NCBI GenBank assembly: GCA_965203355.1
Contig: OZ241889.1
Span: 2,784,001 to 2,848,000 of the forward strand
Reading direction: 5' to 3'
DNA from: Candidatus Latescibacterota bacterium
Lineage (GTDB): Bacteria; Latescibacterota; UBA2968; UBA8231
Length of the DNA: 64,000 nt
The notes beneath the pieces are model-generated. The model had not been told where the DNA came from. It saw only the letters and a program-made list of their open reading frames with translations, and did not search any database. A program made the translations under genes and the position numbers. Of this stretch, positions 28,147 to 37,771 are shown piece by piece; positions within the stretch are counted from its first letter, which is position 1; each line of letters opens with the position of its first letter.

Positions 28147-28452
28147 ATGGACTTACTTGGGCGCCTATTCCGCGTCGTGCAGGCGCACACTGCGGCCAGC
28201 GAGCCGAGCCGGCCCCCGGTGCCGCCGCCTGAACCGGCTGAAGACCCGGTCCTCGCCGAGTATTACGCCAATCTAGAGCTGCCCTATGGAGCCAGTCTGG
28301 AGGCGGTAAAGACGGCGTGGAAGCGGTTGATGAAGCAGTATCATCCCGACCGCCACGCCCAAGAGCCGGCCAAGCGCGAGGTTGCCAACGCGCTGTGTAC
28401 CCAGTTGACGCACGCCTATAAAGAGATAGAGAAGTCCCTAACTACCCATTAA
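28147..28452 (+). CDS. Small J-domain protein
   Basis: YYANLEL..ASLEAVKTAWKRLMKQYHPD (HPD motif); ATG 28147 preferred as start. Confidence 0.88.
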   Translation: MDLLGRLFRVVQAHTAASEPSRPPVPPPEPAEDPVLAEYYANLELPYGASLEAVKTAWKRLMKQYHPDRHAQEPAKREVANALCTQLTHAYKEIEKSLTTH

Positions 28453-28472
28453 ACTAGCATTGGAGGAAGCTT

Positions 28473-28865
28473 ATGGCAGATTTTACCACCGTAAAGGAGT
28501 ACGCCCTCGATCTTGGCTTGGCCATCGCCGAGGAAATACCCGACGAGGAAATCATCATCGTCAACGCCGAGGAACGGGGAGTGCAAAACTTAGTTATTGA
28601 TTGCGAAGATACGGTGCTCGTAATGGAGCAGCTTATCATCGAGATCGCTGCTGAAACCGCCGAGACCTACAAGCGGATCTTGCAGATGAACCGCGACTTG
28701 GTCTTTGGCGCCTTCGTCCTCAACGAGGCCGGCGATTCGCTGCTCTATCGCAATACGCTGGCACTGGAGAATTTGGACTTAAACGAACTCGAAAGCACGA
28801 TCAACTCCCTCGGGCTTGGCTTGGCCGAGCACGGGGAGGAATTACTGGGATTCGCCGCCCAATAA
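28473..28865 (+). CDS. YbjN/YjfI-like (CesT-fold) chaperone
   Basis: Small acidic protein, LQMNRDLVFGAFVL..LYRNTLALENLDLNELE; GGAGG RBS; directly before pspA. Confidence 0.75.
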   Translation: MADFTTVKEYALDLGLAIAEEIPDEEIIIVNAEERGVQNLVIDCEDTVLVMEQLIIEIAAETAETYKRILQMNRDLVFGAFVLNEAGDSLLYRNTLALENLDLNELESTINSLGLGLAEHGEELLGFAAQ

Positions 28866-28877
28866 GGAGGATAGGAC

Positions 28878-29588
28878 ATGGCAGGTATATTTCAACGTTT
28901 GTTTAAAACGGGGCAGGCTGAAGCCCACGCCTTGGTGGATAAGCTCGAAGACCCGATCAAGATGAGCGAGCAAGCGATCCGCGACTTAAAAAAGGACTTG
29001 CAGGACAGTCTCAAAGCCCTCGCCGAGGTCAAGGCGATCGCCATCCGGCTCAGCCGCGAGTCCGAAGACCACCGGCGGCGCGCCGAAGACTACGAGCGCA
29101 AGACCATGCTGCTGTTGCAAAAGGCCGAATCCGGCCAGATGGACGAAGCCGAAGCCGACCGCTTGGCCCGCGAAGCCTTAACCCGCGTTGAGGAAGCCCA
29201 GAGCCGGCACGCAGAAACTTCCCAACAGGCCCAGGCCCAACAGGCGATGGCCAACAAGCTACAGAGCAATGTCAACGATCTGAAGTCGAAAATCGCTTCG
29301 TACGAAAACGATCTGATAACGCTCAAGGCGCGCACCAAAACCGCCAACGCCACCCGCAAGATCAACCAGCATTTGTCCAACATTGACTCAAAGGGGACTA
29401 CGGCCCTGCTCGAGCGGATGAAGGAAAAGGCCGAAGAGCAGGAAGCACTCGCCGAAGCCTATGGCGATATGGGGGATGCGGCGATAGCTATTGACGACGA
29501 GATCGACAAGGCCCTCGCCGACGGCAAAAAGGCCAAGGTCGATGATTCGCTGGCCCAGCTCAAGGCCAGAATGAAGGCGGCAAAATAA
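28878..29588 (+). CDS. pspA: PspA/IM30 family protein
   Basis: MAGIFQRLFK..DKLEDPIKMSEQAIRDLK, long coiled coil, C-terminal LAQLKARM. Confidence 0.93.
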   Translation: MAGIFQRLFKTGQAEAHALVDKLEDPIKMSEQAIRDLKKDLQDSLKALAEVKAIAIRLSRESEDHRRRAEDYERKTMLLLQKAESGQMDEAEADRLAREALTRVEEAQSRHAETSQQAQAQQAMANKLQSNVNDLKSKIASYENDLITLKARTKTANATRKINQHLSNIDSKGTTALLERMKEKAEEQEALAEAYGDMGDAAIAIDDEIDKALADGKKAKVDDSLAQLKARMKAAK

Positions 29589-29600
29589 GGGCTGCCGCCC

Positions 29601-31265
29601 GTGGCGCGTGGGATGAAGATCCTTAGCCGCCGGCAATTTTTCGGTGCGCTCGCCGCGGCTGGTAGCTGGGCCGCTTGGAGCGGTTGCTCTTCCGATCCCC
29701 ACCAGCGGACGGTCCCCGGGCGGATCGTCAACGAGGGACCGCCGCGTGGGCACCTGCTGCGCGATGTGCATTCTTGGGCGGATTTTGCCGCGGCAGACCA
29801 CGCCTGCGATGTCGCCATTGTCGGCGGGGGGATCTCTGGCTTGTCGGCGGCTTGGAAATTGCGTCGGTCCGGGATAGAGCGCATCCTCCTGCTCGATCTC
29901 GAAGACCAGCTAGGGGGCACTAGTCGCAGTGGCCAATGGGGCGACCGGGTGTTTCCTTGGGGTGCTCACTACATCAACATCCCGCCTGCCGAAGCCGACT
30001 GCATCCACGAAATACTGCGCGATCTAGGCGTCATCGACGGCTACGACGCGGCGAATAAGCCGATGGTTGCCGCTGGAGCAATGCTGCGCTGGCCGCACGA
30101 GCGGCTCTTTTACCGGGGTCGCTGGGTCGCCGAGCTGGACCCATTTGTCGACGCATCGGGCCGAGCGCGCGAAGCCTTGTTGCGCTTTGAAGACGAGATG
30201 CTGCGCTGGGCTTTACACCGCGGTCGGGACGGTCGCCGGGCCTTTGCCATGCCCTTGCGCTACAGCACGCGTGATGTCAAGGTGCGGCGCTTGGACCAAA
30301 TCAGCATGGCCCAGTACCTGCGCGAAGAAGGCTGGCACGACGACCGGCTTGGCTGGCTGGTCGACTATGCCTGTCGCGACGACTACGGCAGCACGGCAGC
30401 CCAAGTCTCGGCGTGGGCCGGGATTCACTACTATGCTTGTCGGTTCTACGACTACCGATTGCACGAAGCCTATCCAGCACACACGCTGACGTGGCCCGAG
30501 GGCAATGGGCACCTCGTTGCGAAACTCGCTAATAGGTTGGGGAAGAACGAGATAAAGCGACAGGCTATGGTGGCGCGTCTAGCCGAGGAGCGATCGCAGG
30601 TGCGGTTGGGATACATCGACTTGGCCACCGGAGAAAAGCGGCAATTGACCGCTCGGGCCGTGGTGTACGCCGGCAAGCTCCACACGGCTCCCTATGCGAT
30701 CGCGGGCCTGCCGGATGCCCAGGCTCAGGCTATGACAGCTATCGAATACAGCCCGTGGTTGGTGGCGGCGCTTTTTCTCAAAGCACCGCTCGCGGCCTCG
30801 CACACGACGTGGGACAACGTCTTGTACGACAGTCCGTCACTGGGATACGTGGTCGCGGACCACCAGCAGGGTACGGGAGGCCGCGTGTTGCTGTACTATT
30901 GGCCTTTTGTCGATCAACTCGCGGAAGCCCGGGAGGCTTTGCTCGCGCAAGACCATTCATTCTGGGCCGAACAGATCATGGCCGATTTGCGCCGAGTCCA
31001 CCCAGAACTCGACGACCTCGTCGAGCGCATTGACCTGTATCGCTGGGGGCACGGAATGATGCGGCCCAGTCCGGGGTCGCTATGGGGGCCGATGGCTGCT
31101 TGGCGGCAGCAGCCAATGGAGCGGATATTTTTTGCTTCGTGCGATGCGACGGGCCTGCCCTTATGCGAGGAAGCGATCTTTGCCGGTACGCTGGCGGCAG
31201 AGCAAGCCATGGACTGCCTCGGCGTGGCGTATTCTTCCTCGCTGGGGGGGCTTGCGGATGCCTAG
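29601..31265 (+). CDS. FAD-dependent amine oxidase-like protein with Tat signal
   Basis: SRRQFF Tat motif then WSGC; IVGGGISGLSAAW, GGTSRSG, WGAHY, RWGHGM; true start may be ATG 29613. Confidence 0.85.
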   Translation: MARGMKILSRRQFFGALAAAGSWAAWSGCSSDPHQRTVPGRIVNEGPPRGHLLRDVHSWADFAAADHACDVAIVGGGISGLSAAWKLRRSGIERILLLDLEDQLGGTSRSGQWGDRVFPWGAHYINIPPAEADCIHEILRDLGVIDGYDAANKPMVAAGAMLRWPHERLFYRGRWVAELDPFVDASGRAREALLRFEDEMLRWALHRGRDGRRAFAMPLRYSTRDVKVRRLDQISMAQYLREEGWHDDRLGWLVDYACRDDYGSTAAQVSAWAGIHYYACRFYDYRLHEAYPAHTLTWPEGNGHLVAKLANRLGKNEIKRQAMVARLAEERSQVRLGYIDLATGEKRQLTARAVVYAGKLHTAPYAIAGLPDAQAQAMTAIEYSPWLVAALFLKAPLAASHTTWDNVLYDSPSLGYVVADHQQGTGGRVLLYYWPFVDQLAEAREALLAQDHSFWAEQIMADLRRVHPELDDLVERIDLYRWGHGMMRPSPGSLWGPMAAWRQQPMERIFFASCDATGLPLCEEAIFAGTLAAEQAMDCLGVAYSSSLGGLADA

Positions 31266-32778
31266 GCTGGGTGCGCTGTTTTTGCTGGTGGCCATTTTCT
31301 CGGCCGCGGTCTGCGCCATCGTCTATCAGCTCCTCATCGGCAGTGTTTCGTCCTACTTCCTCGGCAATAGCGTTGAGCAGTTTTCCCTGACGATTGGCTT
31401 TTTCCTCGCGGCGATGGGGCTTGGCTCTTGGCTTTCGCGCTTTGTCGCCGACGACTTGCTGTTGACGCGGCTAGCTCAACTGGAGATTTGGCTGGGGCTT
31501 TTGGGTGGAATTTCCGTTGTCGTACTCTATGTGCTCTACGGATACACCGATCACTTTAGGGTTGGTATGCTGGCGTTGAGCACGGCGATCGGCGCATTGA
31601 TCGGCCTAGAAGTGCCCCTAATTACCCGGCTTTTGCGCGGGCACGGTACGCTGCGGGCGGCCTTATCTACTGTTTTGTCCCTCGATTATTTAGGAGCCTT
31701 ATTGGCCTCGTTGCTCTTCCCGTACATCCTATTGCCTTTCCTCGGCAGTCTGCATACGGCGTTGGTCGCCGGTTTGGTCAATGCTGGTCTCGGGCTCGGC
31801 GTGGTGTTCGCGTTTAAGGGGACGTTGCTATCCTCGGGTGCCTTCCGCTCGCTAGGCGTGCAAGCGCTGATGGTTATTGCGGGGCTAGGAGTACTGGCTT
31901 GGCAAGGGGAAAGGCTGCGGGCGCGGTGGGAAAGCGATCTGTACGAAGACCGCATCGTCCACAGCGAGCAATCGACCTACCAGCAAATCGTCCTGACCCA
32001 GCGCGACGAACACCTGCGGCTCTATCTCAACGGGCACTTGCAATTCGCCTCCATTGACGAGTACCGCTACCACGAAGCCCTAGTCCATCCGGCGATGGCG
32101 CTAGTACCATCCCGTGAAAGGGTCCTCATCATCGGGGGCGGCGACGGTCTGACGGCGCGAGAAGTGCTCAAGTACGCGGAGGTCGAGCACGTTGATTTAG
32201 TCGATCTCGACCCGGCGGTAACGCGGTTGGCCCAGCGCAATATCCACCTGACTCGGATCAATGACAATGCCTTGAACCGCCGCCAAGTCCACGTGGTCAA
32301 CGAAGATGGCTTTGTCTTTTTGCAGCGCGCGCATGTGCCGTATGATGCGATACTAATCGACTTGCCCGATCCCCGCGAAGAGAGCTTGGCCAAGCTCTAT
32401 TCGGTCGAAGCCTATAGGCTGTGCCGCAAGGTGCTCAGCCCGCAAGGTGTCTTGGCAACCCAGGCTTCCAGCCCGTACCACGTCCGCGAGGCGTATTGGA
32501 GCATTGCCGCGGCCTTGGAGGAAACGGGCTTTGCCGTCCACTCCTATCACTTGCACGTACCCTCTTTTGGCCAGTGGGGATTCCACTTGGCGGGACCCGC
32601 CGGATTGGATCCGACCGCGGTCGATTTTGCCGTTCCCACGCGCTATCTCGACCGCCAAATCTGGAGTACCCTCGCGGTATTCGACAGCGACATGAGCCGC
32701 CTGCCCGTGCAGGCGAACCGACTTGATAAGCCGGTGCTAGCGCGTTATTATCGACAAGGTTGGGGGCCTCAGTTTTGA
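31258..32778 (+). CDS. speE: Membrane-anchored polyamine aminopropyltransferase
   Basis: About 7 N-terminal TM segments, LYLNGHLQF..DEYRYHEALVHP, IIGGGDG, IDLPDP, VPSFGQWG; start set at ATG 31258. Confidence 0.88.
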   Translation: MPRLGALFLLVAIFSAAVCAIVYQLLIGSVSSYFLGNSVEQFSLTIGFFLAAMGLGSWLSRFVADDLLLTRLAQLEIWLGLLGGISVVVLYVLYGYTDHFRVGMLALSTAIGALIGLEVPLITRLLRGHGTLRAALSTVLSLDYLGALLASLLFPYILLPFLGSLHTALVAGLVNAGLGLGVVFAFKGTLLSSGAFRSLGVQALMVIAGLGVLAWQGERLRARWESDLYEDRIVHSEQSTYQQIVLTQRDEHLRLYLNGHLQFASIDEYRYHEALVHPAMALVPSRERVLIIGGGDGLTAREVLKYAEVEHVDLVDLDPAVTRLAQRNIHLTRINDNALNRRQVHVVNEDGFVFLQRAHVPYDAILIDLPDPREESLAKLYSVEAYRLCRKVLSPQGVLATQASSPYHVREAYWSIAAALEETGFAVHSYHLHVPSFGQWGFHLAGPAGLDPTAVDFAVPTRYLDRQIWSTLAVFDSDMSRLPVQANRLDKPVLARYYRQGWGPQF

Positions 32779-32791
32779 AAGGATATGCCAG

Positions 32792-33340
32792 ATGGGTTTA
32801 AGGAAATGGTTCGGTGGTCGCCTAGACGAGGATGAACCGACCTATCAGGAGTACTCACTCAGCACCATGAAAGTGGGGTTCTTGGTCGATTACGACCTCA
32901 AAACGTGGCAAGTCACAGGCTGTGGAAGCTATGACTACGAAGGCTATACTACCGAGGAATGGGAGTTGCAGGCCGATGATCAGGTGCGCTTTTTGGAGTG
33001 CGCGGTAGAAGACGGCAAAGCCTATTGGACCTTGACGCGGGCGATTGGCATCGACGAAATCGAAGGCGATGTTGCGGCGGCGATCCTCGCCGATGACGAC
33101 CCGCCTGAAGTGGTGCGGTTTGCGGGCGACGAGTACGTGGGGAGCACGAGCGACGCGGGCTTGTACCGCAAAGACGGCACCGACGCCGAGCGCGAATTTG
33201 TCAATTGGTCGTTTGAAGGGGAAGAGGGCAAGGTGCTTTTTATCAGCCAGTGGGGGGCGCGCGACTTTGCCGCGTATGTTGGATGCTACGTAGAGGAATA
33301 CCAATTCACCGATATTCTGCCGGTGGAGGAGGGAGCCTAA
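32792..33340 (+). CDS. DUF4178 (YjfK-like) protein
   Basis: Acidic beta-rich protein, KVGFLVDYDLKTWQVTG..EEWEL; typical pspA-speE context. Confidence 0.7.
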   Translation: MGLRKWFGGRLDEDEPTYQEYSLSTMKVGFLVDYDLKTWQVTGCGSYDYEGYTTEEWELQADDQVRFLECAVEDGKAYWTLTRAIGIDEIEGDVAAAILADDDPPEVVRFAGDEYVGSTSDAGLYRKDGTDAEREFVNWSFEGEEGKVLFISQWGARDFAAYVGCYVEEYQFTDILPVEEGA

Positions 33341-33341
33341 A

Positions 33342-34049
33342 ATGCTTCGGCGTTTGGCCGTACTCTCCCTGTTCGCGCTGGTGGCCTGTGGGCGGGCTAA
33401 CGATCCGGTGAAGGAGTTGGTGCGCGACCTCGATCGCTATCCCGAGTACTCCTTGATCGTCGATGATACCCGCATTGAAGATAGCTCGTTTTTTCCCGAT
33501 TACTTTCTCCGCTTTCAGATATTGACCGCGTCCGGGCAGCGCGTCGCCGGCCGCGATACCATCGTCTATCAGGAGCGTCGCACCGATTGGATGGAAGTCG
33601 GTGAAGATAGCTTTTACCGCTACGACAACTACGTCGGCATGGTCGTGGCCTCCAAGTCGCTTGACGGCCGTCGCACTGGTGCCAGTCAAGCGCACCCGCC
33701 TGGCTACCAATACGTAGGCAATCCCCAATACGGGTTTTGGGGCGGCGGTGGATTTTGGCAATTCTACGGCCAGTACGCGCTGATGCGCGACTTAATGGGG
33801 GGATGGAACGTGGGTCGCGGCGATTGGGAAGGCTACCGCCGCAACCGAGAACGAGGTCGCCCGTACTACGGTCCGGTACAGGGCGGGCAGCCTACTTTTG
33901 GGTCGCGCGGCTCGCAAACCCAAAAGACGCGACCGCAATTCTACCAACGCCAGCAAAGCCGTCGCCAAGCCTTTAGCGGCCAGGTCAAAAACCGCATGGG
34001 ACGCACTTCGTCTGGGTGGGGACGCGGTGCCTCGCGCTTTGGAAAATAG
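33342..34049 (+). CDS. Conserved lipoprotein with Gly/Arg-rich tail
   Basis: Lipobox LVAC; PPGYQYVGNPQYGFW..FWQFYGQY; tail ends RGASRFGK. Confidence 0.7.
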   Translation: MLRRLAVLSLFALVACGRANDPVKELVRDLDRYPEYSLIVDDTRIEDSSFFPDYFLRFQILTASGQRVAGRDTIVYQERRTDWMEVGEDSFYRYDNYVGMVVASKSLDGRRTGASQAHPPGYQYVGNPQYGFWGGGGFWQFYGQYALMRDLMGGWNVGRGDWEGYRRNRERGRPYYGPVQGGQPTFGSRGSQTQKTRPQFYQRQQSRRQAFSGQVKNRMGRTSSGWGRGASRFGK

Positions 34050-34059
34050 GGGGAACGCA

Positions 34060-34905
34060 GTGGACAATATAATGGTGCAGATGGCCCAGTCCTTAGTCTA
34101 TCTCGTAGAGGCTTTCGTCCTGCTCTTTGTCGCCAAGCAGGTCTATGCCCGAGTATTTCGCCGAGTCCGTCTCAAAGACGAACTCTTCGGCCGCAACAAC
34201 CACGCGTTGGCCGTTGCGGTGGGCGGCTATTTTTTGGGGATTTGCTTGGCGTTAGGGGGGGCGTTGAGCGGCCCTTCGCTCGGCTGGCAAGCCGACCTGC
34301 TAGGCATCGCCCAGTACGGTCTCTTGGCGATTGTTTTGATGATCATCGCTGGCGTTCTCTGTGAGCGGGCGCTCCTGTTCCACTTTGACAACCGCAAGGA
34401 GGTCATCGAGGATCACAATATGGGGACGGCCTTTGTCGAGGCGGGGATGCACATTGCCAATGGCCTGATCGTTTTGGCCATTATACTGGGGGAAGGGCCG
34501 CTGTGGAGCGGCGTGGTCTTCTGGCTGCTGGCGCAAGTGGTGCTGGTGGTGGCTGGGCTGCTCTACGAGTGGATCACCCCCCATTCGATTCACCGCGAAC
34601 TAGAGCGCGACAATGCCGCGGTTGGCTTGGCCTTTGGCGGCGTACTGGTGGGCATGGGCAATATCGTCAGCATCGCCGCGGCCGGCGACTACGCCGGGTG
34701 GATCGAAAGCCTCAAAATTTTTGGCTTGGACGTGGCCTTTGGTTTTGTCGCGCTCTACGTCATCCACAAGTTGACCGATATGCTCTTGGCACCGAGCGTG
34801 CGCTTGGGTGCCGAACAGGTTGAGGAGCAGCCGAATGTGGGAGCCGGGCTGATCGAAGCCTTCGGCTATGTGGGGGGATCGATCCTAATCGTCTGGATCT
34901 TCTGA
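34060..34905 (+). CDS. Tandem DUF350 (YjfL-like) membrane protein
   Basis: Repeated KDELFGRNNHALAV / KEVIEDHNMGTA / RELERDNAAVG motifs; GTG 34060 after a GGGGG RBS. Confidence 0.78.
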   Translation: MDNIMVQMAQSLVYLVEAFVLLFVAKQVYARVFRRVRLKDELFGRNNHALAVAVGGYFLGICLALGGALSGPSLGWQADLLGIAQYGLLAIVLMIIAGVLCERALLFHFDNRKEVIEDHNMGTAFVEAGMHIANGLIVLAIILGEGPLWSGVVFWLLAQVVLVVAGLLYEWITPHSIHRELERDNAAVGLAFGGVLVGMGNIVSIAAAGDYAGWIESLKIFGLDVAFGFVALYVIHKLTDMLLAPSVRLGAEQVEEQPNVGAGLIEAFGYVGGSILIVWIF

Positions 34906-35919
34906 ACTACTCCGCCGGTTTCGCTGCCACTGCCACAGCAGGGTTGGGCCGCCGAGAAAGACATAGGTCAGCGTGGCCAAAGCATGGGTCAACGTGGCGC
35001 AGGCCAAGGCGGTGGCGAGAGGCACCGAGTAGAGGCGGTGCATGGCTTCGCCGAAGAAATAGTGATACGAACCAATCGCCCCAGGCGTCGGAATGATCAC
35101 CCCGATGGATGAGATAGCCATGACCGCCAGCGCTGCTGCTGCGTCGAGGTCGTATGTTTGATGCAAGCCCATGCCGATAAAAGCCGCGTACACAATGAAT
35201 ACATAGACTGCGTTGAGTAAGACCGAACTGACGAGGATTTCAAGGTACGCGGTCGGCTGTTGCCGCAGGGCGGAAAGCCCGCCGATGAAGGTCTCGATAA
35301 TTTCAAGTACCCGCTCGCCGCGTCCCCAAGCGCACCGGGCGAGCAGCGGGCGAATGCTCGCCAAGATTTTTTCCCGATAAACCGATACCGATACCAAGAC
35401 ACTCAGCGCGAGCAAGCAGCCGGCTAGGGCTAGCAGGCCGATGGTATCCCGGTCGGCACCGCCCGGCAGCCAAAGTACGGGCAGGGCAATGTCGATATAG
35501 ACGATGAGCCAGAACAAGACGATGAGCCAAAACAGATCGAGAATGCGCTCCACCACTATCGTGGCCATCAAGGCACTGATGCTCGCCCCGCTGGTCCACT
35601 TGAGGCTGATGCACCGCAGAACCTCGCCCGAGCGCGGTATGGCCACATTGGCCGCATAGCATATAGCTAAGGCGAGCGACGCGTTGAGATTGCTCACGTG
35701 CGGCGCAAAGGGCCGCATCAGGACCTGCCAGCGCCAAGCCCGCAAGACCAAGGTCCCCAGCGTTCCGATGCACATGACCGCGGCCCCAACCGGTGAAATG
35801 CCGGTCATGGTAGCCCAGAGTTCGCCGCGGTTTATCCCCTCAAAGGCCCACTTAATAAAAAGCCCCATCAGGCCCAAGCTCAGTCCGTACTGGAGGATTT
35901 GCTTCAGGAGCTTGTGCAT
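34885..35919 (-). CDS. Lysylphosphatidylglycerol synthase TM-like (UPF0104) protein
   Basis: LRAWRWQ, NVAIPRSGEVLR, IVVERILD, PTPGAIGSY. Confidence 0.88.
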   Translation of the reverse strand: MHKLLKQILQYGLSLGLMGLFIKWAFEGINRGELWATMTGISPVGAAVMCIGTLGTLVLRAWRWQVLMRPFAPHVSNLNASLALAICYAANVAIPRSGEVLRCISLKWTSGASISALMATIVVERILDLFWLIVLFWLIVYIDIALPVLWLPGGADRDTIGLLALAGCLLALSVLVSVSVYREKILASIRPLLARCAWGRGERVLEIIETFIGGLSALRQQPTAYLEILVSSVLLNAVYVFIVYAAFIGMGLHQTYDLDAAAALAVMAISSIGVIIPTPGAIGSYHYFFGEAMHRLYSVPLATALACATLTHALATLTYVFLGGPTLLWQWQRNRRSSSEDPDD

Positions 35920-35995
35920 TGCGTTGGCAAACGCAAAACAGGGGCTCTGGCGAACCCCTGATACCTAGCGAAAAGAATAGGCTGGGTGGGTTTGT

Positions 35996-36616
35996 TCAAG
36001 CCGATATGGGTTGAATTTTGCCCATTTTCTCTAACAGGTTGATGACCTGCGCGGCCGCGGCCGAGGGCGTTGTGGTGGCGGATTCGATGACCAATTCAGG
36101 CTTTTCAGGTTCTTCATAGGGGTCTGAAATACCCGTAAAATTGAGTATCTCACCGGCTCGGGCTTTTTTGTAGAGGCCCTTGGGATCGCGCTCTTCACAC
36201 AGCTCAACTGGGGTATTGACAAAAATTTCGACAAAATCGTCCTCTGCCATCAGGGCCCGCACTCGGTCGCGGTCGGCTCGATAGGGGCTGACAAAGCTGG
36301 CGAGGGTCAGGAACCCCCCATCGACAAAGAGCTTTCCCACCTCGCCGATCCGCCGGATATTTTCCGCCCGGTCGTCAGCGGAAAAGCCCAAGTTCTTGTT
36401 GAGCCCAAAGCGGATGTTGTCGCCGTCTAGCACATAGGCCAAATGGCCACGAGCAGCTAAGGCGTGTTCGACGGTATAGGCAATCGTGCTTTTGCCCGAA
36501 CTCGGCAAGCCCGTCAGCCAGATCAAGGTCCCTTGTTGGCGCAACAGGCTTTCGCGCTGCTGGCGGCTGACGTGCCCCTCATGTCGGACGATATTAGTCG
36601 CTTTAATAGCAGTCAA
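35996..36616 (-). CDS. cysC: Adenylyl-sulfate kinase
   Basis: WLTGLPSSGKST, LDGDNIR, RDPKGLY, FTGISDPYE; TTG start with GAGGTG RBS. Confidence 0.96.
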   Translation of the reverse strand: MTAIKATNIVRHEGHVSRQQRESLLRQQGTLIWLTGLPSSGKSTIAYTVEHALAARGHLAYVLDGDNIRFGLNKNLGFSADDRAENIRRIGEVGKLFVDGGFLTLASFVSPYRADRDRVRALMAEDDFVEIFVNTPVELCEERDPKGLYKKARAGEILNFTGISDPYEEPEKPELVIESATTTPSAAAAQVINLLEKMGKIQPISA

Positions 36617-36711
36617 AATTCACCTCGTGAGTTTGTAGATAGAAAACTCATAATAACGACCATACGGCCTTGATTCGTCAAGGAAGTGGCCTAGGGTGCG
36701 ATACTATTTTA

Positions 36712-36741
36712 TTGACGGTTGATAGTCTGTGTATTTATAAT
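36712..36741 (+). promoter_or_regulatory. Near-consensus sigma70 promoter
   Basis: TTGACG-N18-TATAAT, followed by an AGAGGAGG RBS before ATG 36790. Confidence 0.65.
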
Positions 36742-36789
36742 ATGAAAATACATTACAAGCGCATCTCACCAAGCAGAGGAGGCAAGCGT

Positions 36790-37716
36790 ATGAAAATTGC
36801 AATTAGCATCACTTGTGCTGCCCTGCTGGCAACGGCCAGCGAGGGGGTTGTCAACATTCAGAATGTAGGCTCTGGCGCCCGTGCTCAGGGGTTGGGCAAC
36901 AGCTTTGTGGCGGTGGCCGACAACGCCGATGCGGTGTTCGCCAATCCGGCGGGGTTGGGTCAAGTTTCCCAGCGTCAGGTGGCCTACACCAATGTGTCGC
37001 TTTTGTATGCTGGCATTGAAGGGGACGATCTGGGTCAGCACGTGGTGTCCTATGCTCAGTCGTTGGGAGATCGGTTGGGCTTGGGCTTGGGCTATGAGCG
37101 GATCGGCTCGTCGCTGATGAGCGAGAATGGGGCGTTTGTCTCGCTGTCGTATCAGGTGGCGCGTCGGCTGCAGGTAGGTTTTTCGGCCAAGTATCTGTTT
37201 TGGAGTGTAGGGTCGATTCCCGATGATGCGGGGCGTGCCGATCCGCTGTCGAACCAAGGGGCGGGCAACGTTGGGGTTGATTTGGGCTTGCTGTGGCAGA
37301 GTCCGGTGTCGGGGGCGCAGGTGGGGGTGTTGTTGAAGAATATCAATCAGCCGAATGTGGCCTATGGGGAGGTGGCTGGCGATGCGGATGCGGGTGGGTT
37401 GCCGATGGATGTGCATGTGGGTGTGGGGTATCGTCTGAGCGGTGAGTCGTTGGTTTCGGTTGAGTATGTTCGTCGCGATTTGACGGGTGCTGGTTCGTCG
37501 GATGGGTTGGTGGTTGGTGGGGAGACGGAGTTGGTAGAGGGCTTGTTGTTGCGCGGCGGGGGGCGTCGTATGTTGTCGGAGGACGCTGGGGCAGGGTTGA
37601 ATGCGGGGTTGGGGTATCAGTGGAACCAGTTGGTGTTTGATTATGCCTATGACATTGGTTTGGATTTGACGGAGACCAATGGCGCCCATCGCTTCTCATT
37701 CGCATACGAATTCTAA
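36790..37716 (+). CDS. PorV/PorQ-like (UPF0164) outer-membrane beta-barrel
   Basis: Signal peptide; GSGARAQGLGNSFVAVADNADAVFANPAGL; FDYAY..HRFSFAYEF with terminal Phe. Confidence 0.8.
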   Translation: MKIAISITCAALLATASEGVVNIQNVGSGARAQGLGNSFVAVADNADAVFANPAGLGQVSQRQVAYTNVSLLYAGIEGDDLGQHVVSYAQSLGDRLGLGLGYERIGSSLMSENGAFVSLSYQVARRLQVGFSAKYLFWSVGSIPDDAGRADPLSNQGAGNVGVDLGLLWQSPVSGAQVGVLLKNINQPNVAYGEVAGDADAGGLPMDVHVGVGYRLSGESLVSVEYVRRDLTGAGSSDGLVVGGETELVEGLLLRGGGRRMLSEDAGAGLNAGLGYQWNQLVFDYAYDIGLDLTETNGAHRFSFAYEF

Positions 37717-37736
37717 AAAATAAACACCCTAATGAG

Positions 37737-37768
37737 AAAAGGCCGTCCCCCGAGCGGGACGGCCTTTT
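37737..37768. terminator. Bidirectional intrinsic terminator
   Basis: AAAAGGCCGTCCC-ccgagc-GGGACGGCCTTTT perfect hairpin between convergent genes. Confidence 0.9.
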
Positions 37769-37771
37769 TGT

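Noticed and set aside
36766-37705. Long antisense ORFs opposite the PorV-like gene
   Set aside because: Low-complexity His/Pro/Thr translations produced by the G/T skew of the sense strand.
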